45,595 nt of DNA from Thermotogota bacterium (GTDB lineage: Bacteria; Thermotogota; Thermotogae; MWEM01). The translations under genes were made by a program, and so were the position numbers. Shown piece after piece: positions 19,449-27,705 of this stretch. The stretch lies in the NCBI GenBank assembly GCA_034659095.1, contig JAYEGQ010000209.1, forward strand, positions 1-45,595, in the 5' to 3' direction. The first letter of the stretch is position 1, and every line of letters begins with the position of its first letter. Under the pieces are notes generated by a model, which was given only the letters and a program-made list of their open reading frames with translations, made no database searches and was not told the DNA's origin.

Positions 19449-20597
19449 CTATACAACCTCCAAGAGATACTCAAACGCTTCCCGATTATGAATAAAATAA
19501 TAATCATTCAATCTCAAATAACCATTTGATATAGTCATGTATTTCGAACCTTCAAGGATGCGAGTGATACTCTCAATCGAGGCATCAGGAAATTTAGTAT
19601 TTAATTTATTCAGAAATATCCCCTCTTTCAATCTCAGACCCATAAAAAGAAACTCTCTCAGATTCTCCTCCGGTGAATTAATTGCATGATAATCATAATG
19701 ACTTTCATTTTCAAAACCAGCGCTCAGGTATTCAGACAACGAATGCGTATTCACATATCTGAACCCTTCAAAAAAACCACCGCCGGAAACACCAAGACCC
19801 AGGTAGTTTTTGCTTTCCCAATAACAGTGGTTATGGAGGGATTCATGACCGGGTAATGCAAAGTTAGAAATTTCATATTGCCGATAACCTACATTTTTTA
19901 ATCTCCAAATCATCTGCTCAAAGATCTCAGTAGTATATTCAAATGAAGGGAGTTCTATGGCTCCCTTTCTGAATTGATCGCCTAACGGTGTTTCCTTTTC
20001 TGCTTCTAATATATAGATTGAGCAATGTTCCGGACCCAATTTCGCCACCAAATCACCACTTTTTTCAAGCCATTCCTGAAGGCTTTCGGGTAGGCCACAA
20101 ATCAGATCAATGTTCACATTTGAAAAATGTGCTCTGATTGTTGAGTAAGCACGCATAAATTGAGAAAGAGTTTGATGTCTGTTCACGTTTTCAAGTGTAT
20201 GATCATTTGGTGATTGCATCCCCATGCTGATTCTTGTGCAACCATAATCTTTTAAACCGTGTAAAAATTCAGCGGAAACACTGCCGGGATTGACTTCACA
20301 GGTAAATTCCACTGGCTGGTTGAACTGTCGAAGAACACTTTCTAAAAAAGGGTTATAGTATTTAAAGGGCACAACGGAAGGTGTACCACCGCCGATGTAA
20401 AGGGAGGATAATGAATAAGAAGAGGTTAGATGATCTTTTGTCCAATACATGAGTTCACGATTCAACGTAGAAAAGTATTCAGAAAAGCCTTTGCTTGCGT
20501 TTTTTGATATGGGGAATGAAGTAAAATCGCAATAATCGCATTTAGAAGCACAAAAAGGAATATGGATATAGAGTGAAAGAGGATTTTCTTTAACCAT
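19449..20597 (-). CDS. hemW: radical SAM heme chaperone HemW (HemN-like)
   Basis: YIHIPFCASKCDYCDF, GGGTPS, YEISNFA, HNHCYW (HNxxYW); ATG 20597 overlaps the upstream gene's stop. Confidence 0.85.
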   Translation of the reverse strand: MVKENPLSLYIHIPFCASKCDYCDFTSFPISKNASKGFSEYFSTLNRELMYWTKDHLTSSYSLSSLYIGGGTPSVVPFKYYNPFLESVLRQFNQPVEFTCEVNPGSVSAEFLHGLKDYGCTRISMGMQSPNDHTLENVNRHQTLSQFMRAYSTIRAHFSNVNIDLICGLPESLQEWLEKSGDLVAKLGPEHCSIYILEAEKETPLGDQFRKGAIELPSFEYTTEIFEQMIWRLKNVGYRQYEISNFALPGHESLHNHCYWESKNYLGLGVSGGGFFEGFRYVNTHSLSEYLSAGFENESHYDYHAINSPEENLREFLFMGLRLKEGIFLNKLNTKFPDASIESITRILEGSKYMTISNGYLRLNDYYFIHNREAFEYLLEVV

Positions 20598-21513
20598 TTG
20601 GAAAAAGGGTGGATAGATTAAAGATGTACTTGTTTTCGAAATAAAAACCATCCAAAGAACAATTAAAAATGACAGACAGTTGATTGGAATAGTTATATTG
20701 CCCTTGGAATGTCCAATAGGGTTCACCTGATACGGGAAGTAAAAGCATGGTATTTAGATTCAAAGTGGTGCGTTTATTCACAGCTGAATTGCTATGAAGT
20801 AGAAAAGCAAAAGAAATGGAATTGGTTTTTCTGGAATAACCGGTAGCGATTCTGGGTTTAAAGTGGGTATTTAGATCTTTTAAATCGATAATGGAAAAGA
20901 CACCCAACAGATCACCCATAACAAATCCAAAAGGTCTGGCATCAAAGAGCTTCAGACCAATTTCAGCCAGTCCGTTTTTTCTTTGACGATCACGATAGGT
21001 TTGAAAAAACACGTTTAACTCAACAGGGCCAAGATTTGTATATCCCACCCCGAAAGAATTTATCACGGGGTTTGAACCGCTGCCAAACGCCCTGAAATCG
21101 TAACTGAAAGTCAATGGAATACCTACATAAGGAGTAGAAAATCCGAAAAATCTTGCGATTTGGTCCACGTTGAAAGAATCGTTGTAGATATGTTGAAACT
21201 TAAATTCGAATAAGAACTCCTCGGAAAGACCCCACATTACTTTAATCCGTTTGATTTCAGCAGGTCGTTTGACAAAGAGGACAGTTTTCTCCCTTTTTTC
21301 TTCAGAAAAAACATAAAAATACCCAGCCGGAATAATATCGTTAAATCCCAGGCCAAAATCAACGGGCATTCCAAGGGTTAAAGGGATTTGAAACTGATAC
21401 AACCCATTTGATGTCATATCAAATTTTAAAGGAATCTCCATGCTTTCCTGTGAATAAGAAGTGTTCAAAAGAAACAAAATAGGCAAGAAAAGCAACAATA
21501 AAAACTTTCTCAT
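20590..21513 (-). CDS. exported hypothetical protein, possible outer-membrane beta-strand protein
   Basis: signal peptide MRKFLLLLFLPILFLLNTSYS; F/G-rich strands; GGAGG RBS; TGCTATAAT on minus strand at 21536-21544. Confidence 0.65.
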   Translation of the reverse strand: MRKFLLLLFLPILFLLNTSYSQESMEIPLKFDMTSNGLYQFQIPLTLGMPVDFGLGFNDIIPAGYFYVFSEEKREKTVLFVKRPAEIKRIKVMWGLSEEFLFEFKFQHIYNDSFNVDQIARFFGFSTPYVGIPLTFSYDFRAFGSGSNPVINSFGVGYTNLGPVELNVFFQTYRDRQRKNGLAEIGLKLFDARPFGFVMGDLLGVFSIIDLKDLNTHFKPRIATGYSRKTNSISFAFLLHSNSAVNKRTTLNLNTMLLLPVSGEPYWTFQGQYNYSNQLSVIFNCSLDGFYFENKYIFNLSTLFPNG

Positions 21514-21603
21514 ATCAAACCTCCGTTCATATGTAATTATAGCACGAGATGGGAAGTGATTATTGACTTTATAAAAGGCTTCCCATTTTTTCGTTATCTA
21601 ATG

Positions 21604-21633
21604 TTTTGACATTAATCACAAAAAGTGTATAAT
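21604..21633 (+). promoter_or_regulatory. near-consensus sigma70 promoter with a possible overlapping Rex site
   Basis: TTGACA (21606-21611), 16 bp, TATAAT (21628-21633); TTTTGACATTAATCACAA matches the Rex consensus at 11 of 14 positions. Confidence 0.6.
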
Positions 21634-21703
21634 ATTATGGCATAGAATGTATAAAGAAAAACACGGCAAGAAAACCGGATGATAAAAAGAGGAGGGCAAT
21701 AAA

Positions 21704-21798
21704 ATGAAAAAACACTGTTGTTTGGTTTGCTGATTGTGTGTTTGATTTTAAGCAGTACGTTGATGGCACAGGACATCAAAGGGGGTGGCTATGTCTAG
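21704..21798 (+). pseudogene. remnant of an exported-protein gene (frameshifted signal peptide)
   Basis: GAGGAGG RBS then ATG-A6; one extra A gives MKKTLLFGLLIVCLILSSTLMAQDIKGGGYV*, a typical signal peptide; as written it reads MKKHCCLVC*. Confidence 0.6.
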
Positions 21799-21921
21799 AT
21801 GACTCCCATGAAACAGGGGTGTAAATCCAAGGTTTTTGGATTATATTTTATAAGTGTTTGCTTCCAAAGAAAATAATGCTGAAAACTCTATTGTGATGAG
21901 GTATTTTATGATTTAGCAACT

Positions 21922-21955
21922 CAAAAATCCCCCCCAACGGGGGTGGGGGGGGTCT
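21922..21955. repeat. C-run/G-run inverted motif, partly repeated at 34144-34158 and 41712-41721
   Basis: CAAAAAT-C7-AAC-G5-T-G8-TCT; CAAAAAT-C5-AAC recurs at 34144 and G7-TCT at 41712. Confidence 0.4.
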
Positions 21956-22070
21956 GAACGTTCTTAAGGGAGCATCACTGTTGTTGAATTTTAAAAACCA
22001 GGAAGTATATTTTTAATTTAAGAACCAGTCCGAAAGAAAAACAAACAAGTTAATATAAAGGAGAAAAAAC

Positions 22071-22703
22071 ATGAAAATAATCGATCTAACACACACAATG
22101 GAAACGGGAATGCCGGTTTTCACGGGGACAAAAGATGCCAATATCAGCGACGAATTCACCTTGGAAAAAAACGGCTTCAACGAAAAACTCTTAACACTCC
22201 TCACACATACCGGAACCCATCTGGATTGCCCCAAACACATGCTGGATTCAAAAAAAACAACCGACACCGTGCCCCTGGACTCCTTTTACGGAACGGGATG
22301 GGTATTCGACTGCAGGCAAAGTGCAGTTGACGGCTTCATCACACCAGAAATGCTCTTGATGGACAAACTCCAACAAATTGACTTTGCCCTTTTTTACACA
22401 GGATGGGACAAATTATGGGGAGACGAGAAATATTTTCAAGGATTCCCGACATTTGCGGAAAACACCACGGAATTACTTATCAAAAACAAAATCAAAGCGG
22501 TAGGATTGGACTATATATCCGTTGACCCTTCCGATTCCACCGATTTCAAAAACCACAAAATATTATTGTCTAACGACTGTTTGATCATCGAGAACCTCAC
22601 CGGACTGGAAAAACTTTTAAATAAAGCATTCATTTTCTCATGCTTCCCCCTAAAAATAAAAGAAGGAGATGGCTCCCCCATCCGTGCCGTAGCTATAATA
22701 TAA
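22071..22703 (+). CDS. cyclase family protein (kynurenine formamidase-like metal hydrolase)
   Basis: IIDLTH, HTGTHLDCPKH, IIENLTGL, PLKIKEGDGSPIRAVA. Confidence 0.92.
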   Translation: MKIIDLTHTMETGMPVFTGTKDANISDEFTLEKNGFNEKLLTLLTHTGTHLDCPKHMLDSKKTTDTVPLDSFYGTGWVFDCRQSAVDGFITPEMLLMDKLQQIDFALFYTGWDKLWGDEKYFQGFPTFAENTTELLIKNKIKAVGLDYISVDPSDSTDFKNHKILLSNDCLIIENLTGLEKLLNKAFIFSCFPLKIKEGDGSPIRAVAII

Positions 22704-22821
22704 GATAAAACATAGAGTTTTTTTCTTCGATGATTTCTCCCCGTGCCACGTTGACAATGAATTGATCCATTCTTTCCTGAAAGTCATCGTAAAGATGTGT
22801 GTAAAATGTGATTTTTTCCAT
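22693..22821 (-). pseudogene. internally deleted D-2-hydroxyacid dehydrogenase remnant (42 aa)
   Basis: GGGGTGA RBS, then MEKITFYTHLYDDFQERMDQ joined directly to FIVNVARGEIIEE, the NxARG motif normally ~200 aa into such enzymes. Confidence 0.6.
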
Positions 22822-22862
22822 GAGTCACCCCATTTTCATCGGGTACAATGTTGTTGTTACTT

Positions 22863-24251
22863 TTATGCGTTTTCGTTTGCGACGATTCTGTTCCTTTCTT
22901 CAACTTGAGTGTATGTTTTTTTCATAAAGAAATAGAGCCAAATGTACATGATAATCACGACAGCATATTCAGAGATAGGAAAGGCATACCAAATATTTTC
23001 AAAGGCGGTGATCTTTGTCAAAAAGTACATAACAGGAAGAAGGATGCCAATCTGGCGGAGGAAGGAAATGATAAAACTGTTGATGCCTTTGCCCAATGCC
23101 TGGAAAGTCAAAGACCCTACAACGGATATACCGATAACGGGAAAACCGATAGCAATCCTTGATAGGACATCTTTACCGATTTGAATCATCTCCGGGTTTT
23201 TATTAAACAAACCGATCAACTGAGCCGGGAAGAATCGGAACAAGATAAATCCAATCGTTGTGAGAACTGATGCGATAATCATTCCCATCGTCAGTGCGTG
23301 CTTCATTCTCGTGGTATTTCCCGCCCCGAAATTATAGCCCATAATGGGCATGTAACCTTGACCGAGACCGAATACAGGCATGAGGATGAACGACTGCAGT
23401 CTGAAAAAGATACCAACCACTGCGATGGCGTAAATGTGGAATTGACCGGCAATGATGTTAATGAGAGCGATGGTTACACTTCCCATCATCTGCATGAACA
23501 TAGCTGGTAGACCTACTCTGTATATTTCTTTAATAATCCCGAAATTGATTCGGAAATTCTTCAAACAAAGGTCCATATCAACGATTTTTGTTTTGAGGCT
23601 GTAAATGAGAAAGATAGAACTGACTCCCCTTGCAATGACCGTAGCCAAAGCCGCACCGCGAACCCCCATTTCCGGAAAGATCCAGATACCGAAGATAAGA
23701 AATGGGTCTAAAACGATATTTGTTACAGCTCCGATAATCAAAGCGATCATTGGGGTAAATGTGTTGCCCTCTCCGCGAAAGATATTTTTTGATATCATGG
23801 AAAAGAACATAACGATGGAACCTGTCATGATAATACGGATATAATCACTTGCCGGTGCAATTAGAATATCTCGGTCTGAAAATAAGGCGATGATTTTATC
23901 TGAAAAGAAATAGCCAATGATGGCGATGATGATCCAATAGACAACGCTTAAAAAAATAGAATTTTCAGCTGCCAGTGTTGCTTCTTTATTGCGATGAGCT
24001 CCAAGCCTTCTGGAAACGAGAGAAGTCGTACCGATACCCGTTCCGGCACCCAGGGCAATTAAAACCAGTTGTACGGGAAAAGCCAAAGACAATGCTGAAA
24101 GGGCTTCTTCGCTGATTCTTCCCACATACATACTGTCAACAACGTTATACAAGGCTTGGATTAACATGCCGATCATTGCAGGTAATGCCAGTTTAAACAT
24201 AAGAGGAATGATCGGTTCCGTTCCCATCCTCTTTGAGCTCACTCTTTTCAA
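22863..24251 (-). CDS. MATE family efflux transporter
   Basis: LALPAMIGMLIQALYNVVDSMYVG, NIVLDPFLIFG, MGVRGAALAT, GYNFGAG; about 12 TM segments. Confidence 0.93.
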   Translation of the reverse strand: MKRVSSKRMGTEPIIPLMFKLALPAMIGMLIQALYNVVDSMYVGRISEEALSALSLAFPVQLVLIALGAGTGIGTTSLVSRRLGAHRNKEATLAAENSIFLSVVYWIIIAIIGYFFSDKIIALFSDRDILIAPASDYIRIIMTGSIVMFFSMISKNIFRGEGNTFTPMIALIIGAVTNIVLDPFLIFGIWIFPEMGVRGAALATVIARGVSSIFLIYSLKTKIVDMDLCLKNFRINFGIIKEIYRVGLPAMFMQMMGSVTIALINIIAGQFHIYAIAVVGIFFRLQSFILMPVFGLGQGYMPIMGYNFGAGNTTRMKHALTMGMIIASVLTTIGFILFRFFPAQLIGLFNKNPEMIQIGKDVLSRIAIGFPVIGISVVGSLTFQALGKGINSFIISFLRQIGILLPVMYFLTKITAFENIWYAFPISEYAVVIIMYIWLYFFMKKTYTQVEERNRIVANENA

Positions 24252-24278
24252 AAAATCACCATCACTTATTCATTATTT

Positions 24279-24644
24279 TTATGATTCAGAGTATTCTTTT
24301 AACGCCCTTTTTACAGCATTTAAAGGCATGGAGATACAAGTGAAGGATTCATCAATACCCAACTCATCAAATATCTTTTTTGAATCAAGTTGTAAAATTT
24401 CTTCTATCTTTTTACCTTTAATCAGTTCGGAGGTAAAGCTACTGGCGGCAATTGCCCTGGGGCATCCTTTTATCGTGTATTTCACATCTTGAAGGACATC
24501 ATCTTCCAATTTGAGATAGAATTTAACCCCATCTCCGTCACTTTCGTTAAACCCGGTTGCTGCCAAAGTGCTGTTTTCAATTTTTCCGATATTTTGAGGA
24601 TCGGTAAAGTGTTTCATTAAAGCTTTTGAATACCTCTCAGCCAT
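24279..24644 (-). CDS. IscU/NifU N-terminal-like protein, degenerate (2 Cys)
   Basis: YSKALMKHFTDPQNIGK, KGCPRAIAASS; first ligand CGD reads DGD; no LPPVK motif. Confidence 0.8.
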   Translation of the reverse strand: MAERYSKALMKHFTDPQNIGKIENSTLAATGFNESDGDGVKFYLKLEDDVLQDVKYTIKGCPRAIAASSFTSELIKGKKIEEILQLDSKKIFDELGIDESFTCISMPLNAVKRALKEYSES

Positions 24645-25797
24645 TTGACAACCTCCTTAATAGATTCACTTTTTCAACGAGTTTATCACAGAAAAAGTCA
24701 ATTTGCTCATCATCATTATCATGTCCCGTCACTACTCTGATGGTACCGTTGATAAATTCCTTTGAGCAATGCATGGCAGAAAGGACATGTGATCCGCCCT
24801 TTCTATGTGAATGTGAGCTGCAAGCGGATGCAGTAGAAACGGCAATATCCTCCATGCTCAGCATACCCATCAAAGCTTCACCGTTAACACCAGAAAAACT
24901 CAAACTTAATGAGCCTGGGGTTCTGTTTTCAGGAGCGCCGTTTATTTGAACACCTTCTAATTGTTTGCAAGCTTCTATGATTTGATCCGTCCATTTTGTA
25001 TATAAGTCATGTTTTTCCTCAATTTGATCAGTCACCATTTCAAGAGCCTTTGCCATGGCCGCCACTCCCGGGACATTTTCAGTTCCGGACCTGAGACCTT
25101 TTTCATGTCCGCCACCGTAAAAAACAGGTTCCAGAGGCGTTCCTTTTTTCACATAAAGAAAGCCCACACCTTTTGGTCCGTAAAACTTATGGGCACTGGC
25201 ACTGAGCATATCGACTCCAAGGTCTTGAACATCCATTTTAACCTTTCCCATGGCTTGAACTGCATCAGTATGAAAGATACATCCGGCTTCACGGCAGAGT
25301 TGAGAAATTTCCTTTATCGGCTGCAAAGTACCCACTTCATTGTTGGCGTACATAATGGAGCAAATAGCCGTTTGTTCATCAATGTTTTCCTTTAAGTAAT
25401 CAAAGTCAACGACTCCTTTTTCATCTACAGGGGCAAAGTAAACGTCATAACCCTGTTTACCCAATTCTTTAACTGATTCAATTACCGCTTCATGTTCGAT
25501 GGAACTGGTAATGACTTTTTTTCTATTGGGGTGTTCTTCTTTCGTTGCTTTTAGATAGCCAAAAAGAGCAATGTTGTCTGCCTCCGTACCGCCAGAAGTA
25601 AATACAATTTCATCGTAATTGGCATTAATACAATCGGCTACTTTTTGCTTTGCCCAATTGTAAAGCTCTCTGGATCGTTGCCCCTCAAAGTGTAGGCTGG
25701 ATGCGTTTCCTGGAAAATCTCTTAATACTTCTGAATAATAGGATAACACCTCCGGTAAAAGAGGGGTGGTTGCCGCGTGGTCCAAATACACGCTCAT
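24637..25797 (-). CDS. iscS: cysteine desulfurase, IscS/NifS group I (canonical motifs)
   Basis: YLDHAATT, FTSGGTEA, SSIEH, ANNEVG, HTDAVQA, SAHKFYGPKG, RSGTEN, STASACSS. Confidence 0.92.
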   Translation of the reverse strand: MSVYLDHAATTPLLPEVLSYYSEVLRDFPGNASSLHFEGQRSRELYNWAKQKVADCINANYDEIVFTSGGTEADNIALFGYLKATKEEHPNRKKVITSSIEHEAVIESVKELGKQGYDVYFAPVDEKGVVDFDYLKENIDEQTAICSIMYANNEVGTLQPIKEISQLCREAGCIFHTDAVQAMGKVKMDVQDLGVDMLSASAHKFYGPKGVGFLYVKKGTPLEPVFYGGGHEKGLRSGTENVPGVAAMAKALEMVTDQIEEKHDLYTKWTDQIIEACKQLEGVQINGAPENRTPGSLSLSFSGVNGEALMGMLSMEDIAVSTASACSSHSHRKGGSHVLSAMHCSKEFINGTIRVVTGHDNDDEQIDFFCDKLVEKVNLLRRLSNG

Positions 25798-26432
25798 TAG
25801 TATTCAACCACTTTAACTTCGATATCGTCAATTCCGTCAATTTCGTTTAAATGCTCATCTATTTCTTCCAAGACATTTTGCTTGTAAACATCGGTTTCAT
25901 CAAAGGAGATCTCAATTTCTACTTTTCCTTTCTCGTATTTCAGGTATTTCACCAGCTTTTCATCGATGATATTATTGCCAGTTTTGGGATAGATAACTGA
26001 TTTGAGTTCCTCGATGATACTTTGCTCATCAAGTCTCTTCTGGTGTTTGACCCCCAGTTTCTTTTCTTCATAATCTTCGATGGCTGCCTTCAGACCATCA
26101 ACCGCAAGAACTGAACAATGCACCTTTACGGGAGGAAGCCCTCCAAGTTCATCTACGGCATCTTTCCATGTCATTTTTTTGGCTTCTTCCACCGTTTTTC
26201 CTTTGGCCAGCTCCGTTACAATGGAGCCTGTTGCGATATTTGAAGCACAACCGTATGAGAGGAATTTGATATCCTCTATTTTTTTGTCCTTGACCTTCAA
26301 TGAAACGCTGACTTGGTCTCCACACGCTGGACTGCCTACCGTTGCATCTCCATCAGGGTTTTCAATTTCTCCAACATTTTTAGGGTTTTTAAAGTGCTCG
26401 ATAACCTCTTTGGTATATTTAATCACTGCCAT
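25797..26432 (-). CDS. iscU: IscU/NifU scaffold fused to a C-terminal DUF59/MIP18-like domain
   Basis: HFKNPKNVG, SPACGD, YGCASNIA, LPPVKVHCS; extra ~75 aa IIEELKSVIYPKTGNNII...IDGIDDIEVKV. Confidence 0.85.
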   Translation of the reverse strand: MAVIKYTKEVIEHFKNPKNVGEIENPDGDATVGSPACGDQVSVSLKVKDKKIEDIKFLSYGCASNIATGSIVTELAKGKTVEEAKKMTWKDAVDELGGLPPVKVHCSVLAVDGLKAAIEDYEEKKLGVKHQKRLDEQSIIEELKSVIYPKTGNNIIDEKLVKYLKYEKGKVEIEISFDETDVYKQNVLEEIDEHLNEIDGIDDIEVKVVEY

Positions 26433-26464
26433 TTTTTTCACCTCACTACTTTCGTTTATTCATA

Positions 26465-27628
26465 TTATTTAATGGTACTCTGTGCGCGTAATCTTTCTAA
26501 AATAGGAATCAACGCCTCTATGAATACATCCAAATCCTCTTTGGTGGTATCCCTTCCTGGGGTGATTCGTAATGAACCGTGTGCCATCTCGTGATCTCTT
26601 CCAATAGCACTTAAGACATAATTGACCTTCAAATCACTGGAGGCGCATGCGGAACCCGTTGCCACGACAATGGAATCGAAGTCCAAGAACATCATAATGG
26701 ATTCGCCTTCAATATGGCGGAAAGAGTAGTTGATATTATCAGAGGCTCTTTCATCAACGGGACCGTTGAGTTCCACCTTGTCAATTTTTTCTTCTGTTTG
26801 CTGCATCAGGTATTTTTGAAGTTCTTTCATCCTGGTGTTGTGTGCTTCTCTTTTGCTGACAGCACCCTCCACAGCGTAAGACAACCCCACAATCGCAGGA
26901 ACGTTGTCTGCACCCGGAGAATAGGGGGAAGTTACAACTGTACCAAACAAAACGGGTTTCATCTTAACGGGTTTTTTGGCAACGATCAGGCCAATGCCTT
27001 TGGGGCCGTATATTTTATGACCACTCAACGTTAAGAAGTCAGCATCCAATTCCTTGAAATCAATTTTCTGAGTCATAACCGCCATTGTGATATCCAGATG
27101 AATCAACGTTTTTGGATTTGCTTCTAGAATGATTTTTTTCAGTTCCTCGTATCGTTGTATTGTTCCGATGGTGTGATTCACCCATGTGATACTGACCAAT
27201 TTTGTTTTTTCGTTGATGGCTTCTTTTAACTGATCGGTTCTCCAAAATCCGTATTCATCTACTTTGATCTTTCTCACCTGGAAGCCCTTTTTCTTGTAAA
27301 AATCAAACACGTTGTTAATGGACGGGTGGTCAATCACCGATGTAATCATGCCCGTTTCTTCGGGCTTTTCATCCCTCATCACACCTTGTATGACCATATT
27401 ATTGGCCTGTGTCCCACTGCCTGTGTAGATGATCTCGGCATCTAAAGCGTTAAAGGCATTTTTAATTCTGTCAGTTGATTCATCAATAGCCTCGGCAATA
27501 TCCGTACCCATTTGCGTGAATGAAACGGGTAAATAAAAATTCTCATCCATATATGGTTTCATCTTTTCCATAACATATTTTGATGTCTTTGTGGTTCTGT
27601 AATTATCTAAATAAATAATATTATCCAT
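26465..27628 (-). CDS. cysteine desulfurase paralog, IscS/NifS-like with diverged motifs
   Basis: SGHKIYGPKG (PLP Lys) and TGSACASS (catalytic Cys) retained; YLDNYRTT, HLDITMA and SPGADN are non-canonical; GGAGG RBS. Confidence 0.85.
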   Translation of the reverse strand: MDNIIYLDNYRTTKTSKYVMEKMKPYMDENFYLPVSFTQMGTDIAEAIDESTDRIKNAFNALDAEIIYTGSGTQANNMVIQGVMRDEKPEETGMITSVIDHPSINNVFDFYKKKGFQVRKIKVDEYGFWRTDQLKEAINEKTKLVSITWVNHTIGTIQRYEELKKIILEANPKTLIHLDITMAVMTQKIDFKELDADFLTLSGHKIYGPKGIGLIVAKKPVKMKPVLFGTVVTSPYSPGADNVPAIVGLSYAVEGAVSKREAHNTRMKELQKYLMQQTEEKIDKVELNGPVDERASDNINYSFRHIEGESIMMFLDFDSIVVATGSACASSDLKVNYVLSAIGRDHEMAHGSLRITPGRDTTKEDLDVFIEALIPILERLRAQSTIK

Positions 27629-27705
27629 ATTTAACTACCTCCTACTGCTTAAGACGGAAAATTCATTTGCTTATTTTGTTTTTCGTATTATTCGTTCAAT
27701 TTCCT

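Noticed and set aside
20598-20726. Longer hydrophobic N-terminus for hemW
   Set aside because: It overlaps the upstream gene; the ATG at 20597 gives the usual distance to the YIHIPFC motif
24279-27628. Selenocysteine (UGA) recoding in the isc genes
   Set aside because: The missing Cys position is an Asp codon, and no in-frame TGA interrupts these ORFs
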